Shown here piece after piece: positions 62,549 to 64,000 of a DNA stretch of 64,000 nt. Origin of the DNA: Ranitomeya imitator (lineage: Eukaryota); the NCBI RefSeq assembly GCF_032444005.1, contig NC_091288.1:44826001-44890000 (forward strand), written 5' to 3'. Every line of letters starts with the position of its first letter. Position 1 is the first letter of the stretch. The position numbers were made by a program, and so were the translations under genes. The notes beneath the pieces were generated by a model, which worked only from the letters and a program-made list of their open reading frames with translations, was not told where the DNA came from and ran no database searches.

Positions 62549-64000
62549 ATTTGTTACCAACTTTTCAGTTAGGCATTAAAAGGTATCAATTACTGAGGAC
62601 TTTCAATTCTAAATATTAGGCTCTAGAAGGACAGCTAATTAACAGAAGAGCTGTGGATGCCGTCAAGTAAGAGGTGGTACTCCCACTCCCATCCAGCGGC
62701 CACAGACAGCTGTCGTGGCCAATGGACTTGGATTTGCCAATCGATTCCCACCAACTCTAATGTTCAGTTTTCACAGACTATCCGACAAATGTCAGGGTAC
62801 ACCCAAACATCATTATGTTCATATTTTCATATTTTATGTTATCCTTATTTCTCTCACAATTGTTGGAGAACAAGAGTCGTGGGAAAAGTTGCTCCTGCTC
62901 GAAAAGGAAGTCATCGAGGTATCATCAAGAGTATGTTAGGAAATTGCTGTGTGTGTAGTTCCCCAACGTACCAGCAAAAGGACACTGAAGTACAAATAAA
63001 ATCGTAAAGCGCAATCATAACACTTGTATTTTTTTTATTCTTCCATTTCTGTAATCAGTTCAGACGCATAAAGGCGAGAATGATATGCTAATCGAGTCTA
63101 ACATTTTTTTAAAAAGAGGATTAATTTCCGCCGTAATAACACTCCAAATATTTATTTTCATGTGCACAATGTGAAGGGGGCTCCGCCAGGAAAGCGGGAT
63201 CTGCCAAAGATTCTGAGCTTTTTTTTTTTCTTCCGAACAAACGCACTCAGTGGCTTTCAATGGAACATGAAACCAAGCACTTCACTCAGATGTGTGTCAG
63301 CTTTCATCAGAGCTCAATACAAGCGGCTTGACTCTTGTGTAGATAAGGTTTCAAGCACTTTTCAGAGAGCCTCTTTATCCAGTAAAAATGAAGACACATT
63401 ATGGCTGTTATTAAACTATTGTGCCGGAGTAATATGCTGATAACGTGCAGTCAATGAGCAGCCAGCTATTTCACCGCGCTTCTTCTGATTGCGTTTCCTT
63501 TGTAACAGGATGAGATGTTGCAGATTGCTGAAGGCTTTGAATGTGGGATGTAGGAGGTCACCTATCCTACAAGTACTTTGCACTAAACCGCTTGGCGAGA
63601 ATCTCTTTGTCAGCCTGTGTCCATCAAAACAAAATCATCTTCCAGAAATGTTTGTTCTATTCCTGCAGACTTGGATATGCAGCAATCATTTAGATGTTTA
63701 GCAATGCTCGCCATCCTAAGAAGCCTGGCAGCTGGAGAACATACGAGAAAAGGGTCCTCTTTTTGATCTACCTTCAGTATCGTACATGGAGCGGATTAAA
63801 AGAAAGGGAGAGTTTGCATTAAGATGCCGACTAGGAAACTTTGCGATACTGGTGAAAGATATAACTACCGGTATTTGTCACACAACCAAAAACAATCCAT
63901 TACTGCTATAGAACCAGGAGGATAACGCATGTTCAATTGAAATCCTTTCACGGGAACCTGTCAGGAACTTTAGGGTTAGCAAACTCATTACATTACTGGG

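Larger units (their letters stand above)
62091..62617. mobile_element. Penelope-like fold-back insertion, 527 bp
   Basis: 179-bp inverted arms (62137-62315 / 62439-62617); 40-bp direct repeat (62091-62130 / 62400-62440); candidate TSD AGGTTCTAGATG / AGGCTCTAGAAG. Confidence 0.75.

Noticed and set aside
62657-63007. ORF ending in CCVCS...KDT, faintly like a piggyBac cysteine-rich tail
   Set aside because: Similarity too weak and no TTAA/TIR context; needs an HMM search.
59369-64000. Search for the preceding dynein exon
   Set aside because: No credible match seen; it is probably outside the window, though a divergent exon could have been missed.

Overview
Eukaryotic, repeat-dense genomic DNA. 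An anuran amphibian origin is my inference from the repeat repertoire. The whole window lies inside one large minus-strand gene for an outer-arm beta-type axonemal dynein heavy chain (DNAH9/11/17 group, closest to DNAH11 in the linker-proximal exons). I traced 16 internal exons by hand (59368 down to 3294). All have GT-AG boundaries and compatible phases, joining into 2781 nt = 927 stop-free codons of tail/N-linker; the gene continues beyond both edges. The introns hold many Tc1 families (DD34E and DD38E, two with uninterrupted ORFs), hAT, TTAA-site (Kolobok/T2-like and piggyBac-like) and palindromic MITEs, a Helitron, four solo LTRs, CR1/L2 fragments and mini/microsatellites. Highlights: (1) a 527-bp Penelope-like fold-back insertion with a hammerhead ribozyme core on each strand, plus a second decayed hammerhead element; (2) a ~3.2-kb intronic inversion revealed by a split Tc1 with a 212/220-bp inverted breakpoint duplication; (3) three tandem-duplicated acceptors on one exon; (4) an inverted DD38E pair flanking six in-frame exons. 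Family names and human-protein comparisons come from recalled knowledge, not database searches. Mismatch counts are hand counts.
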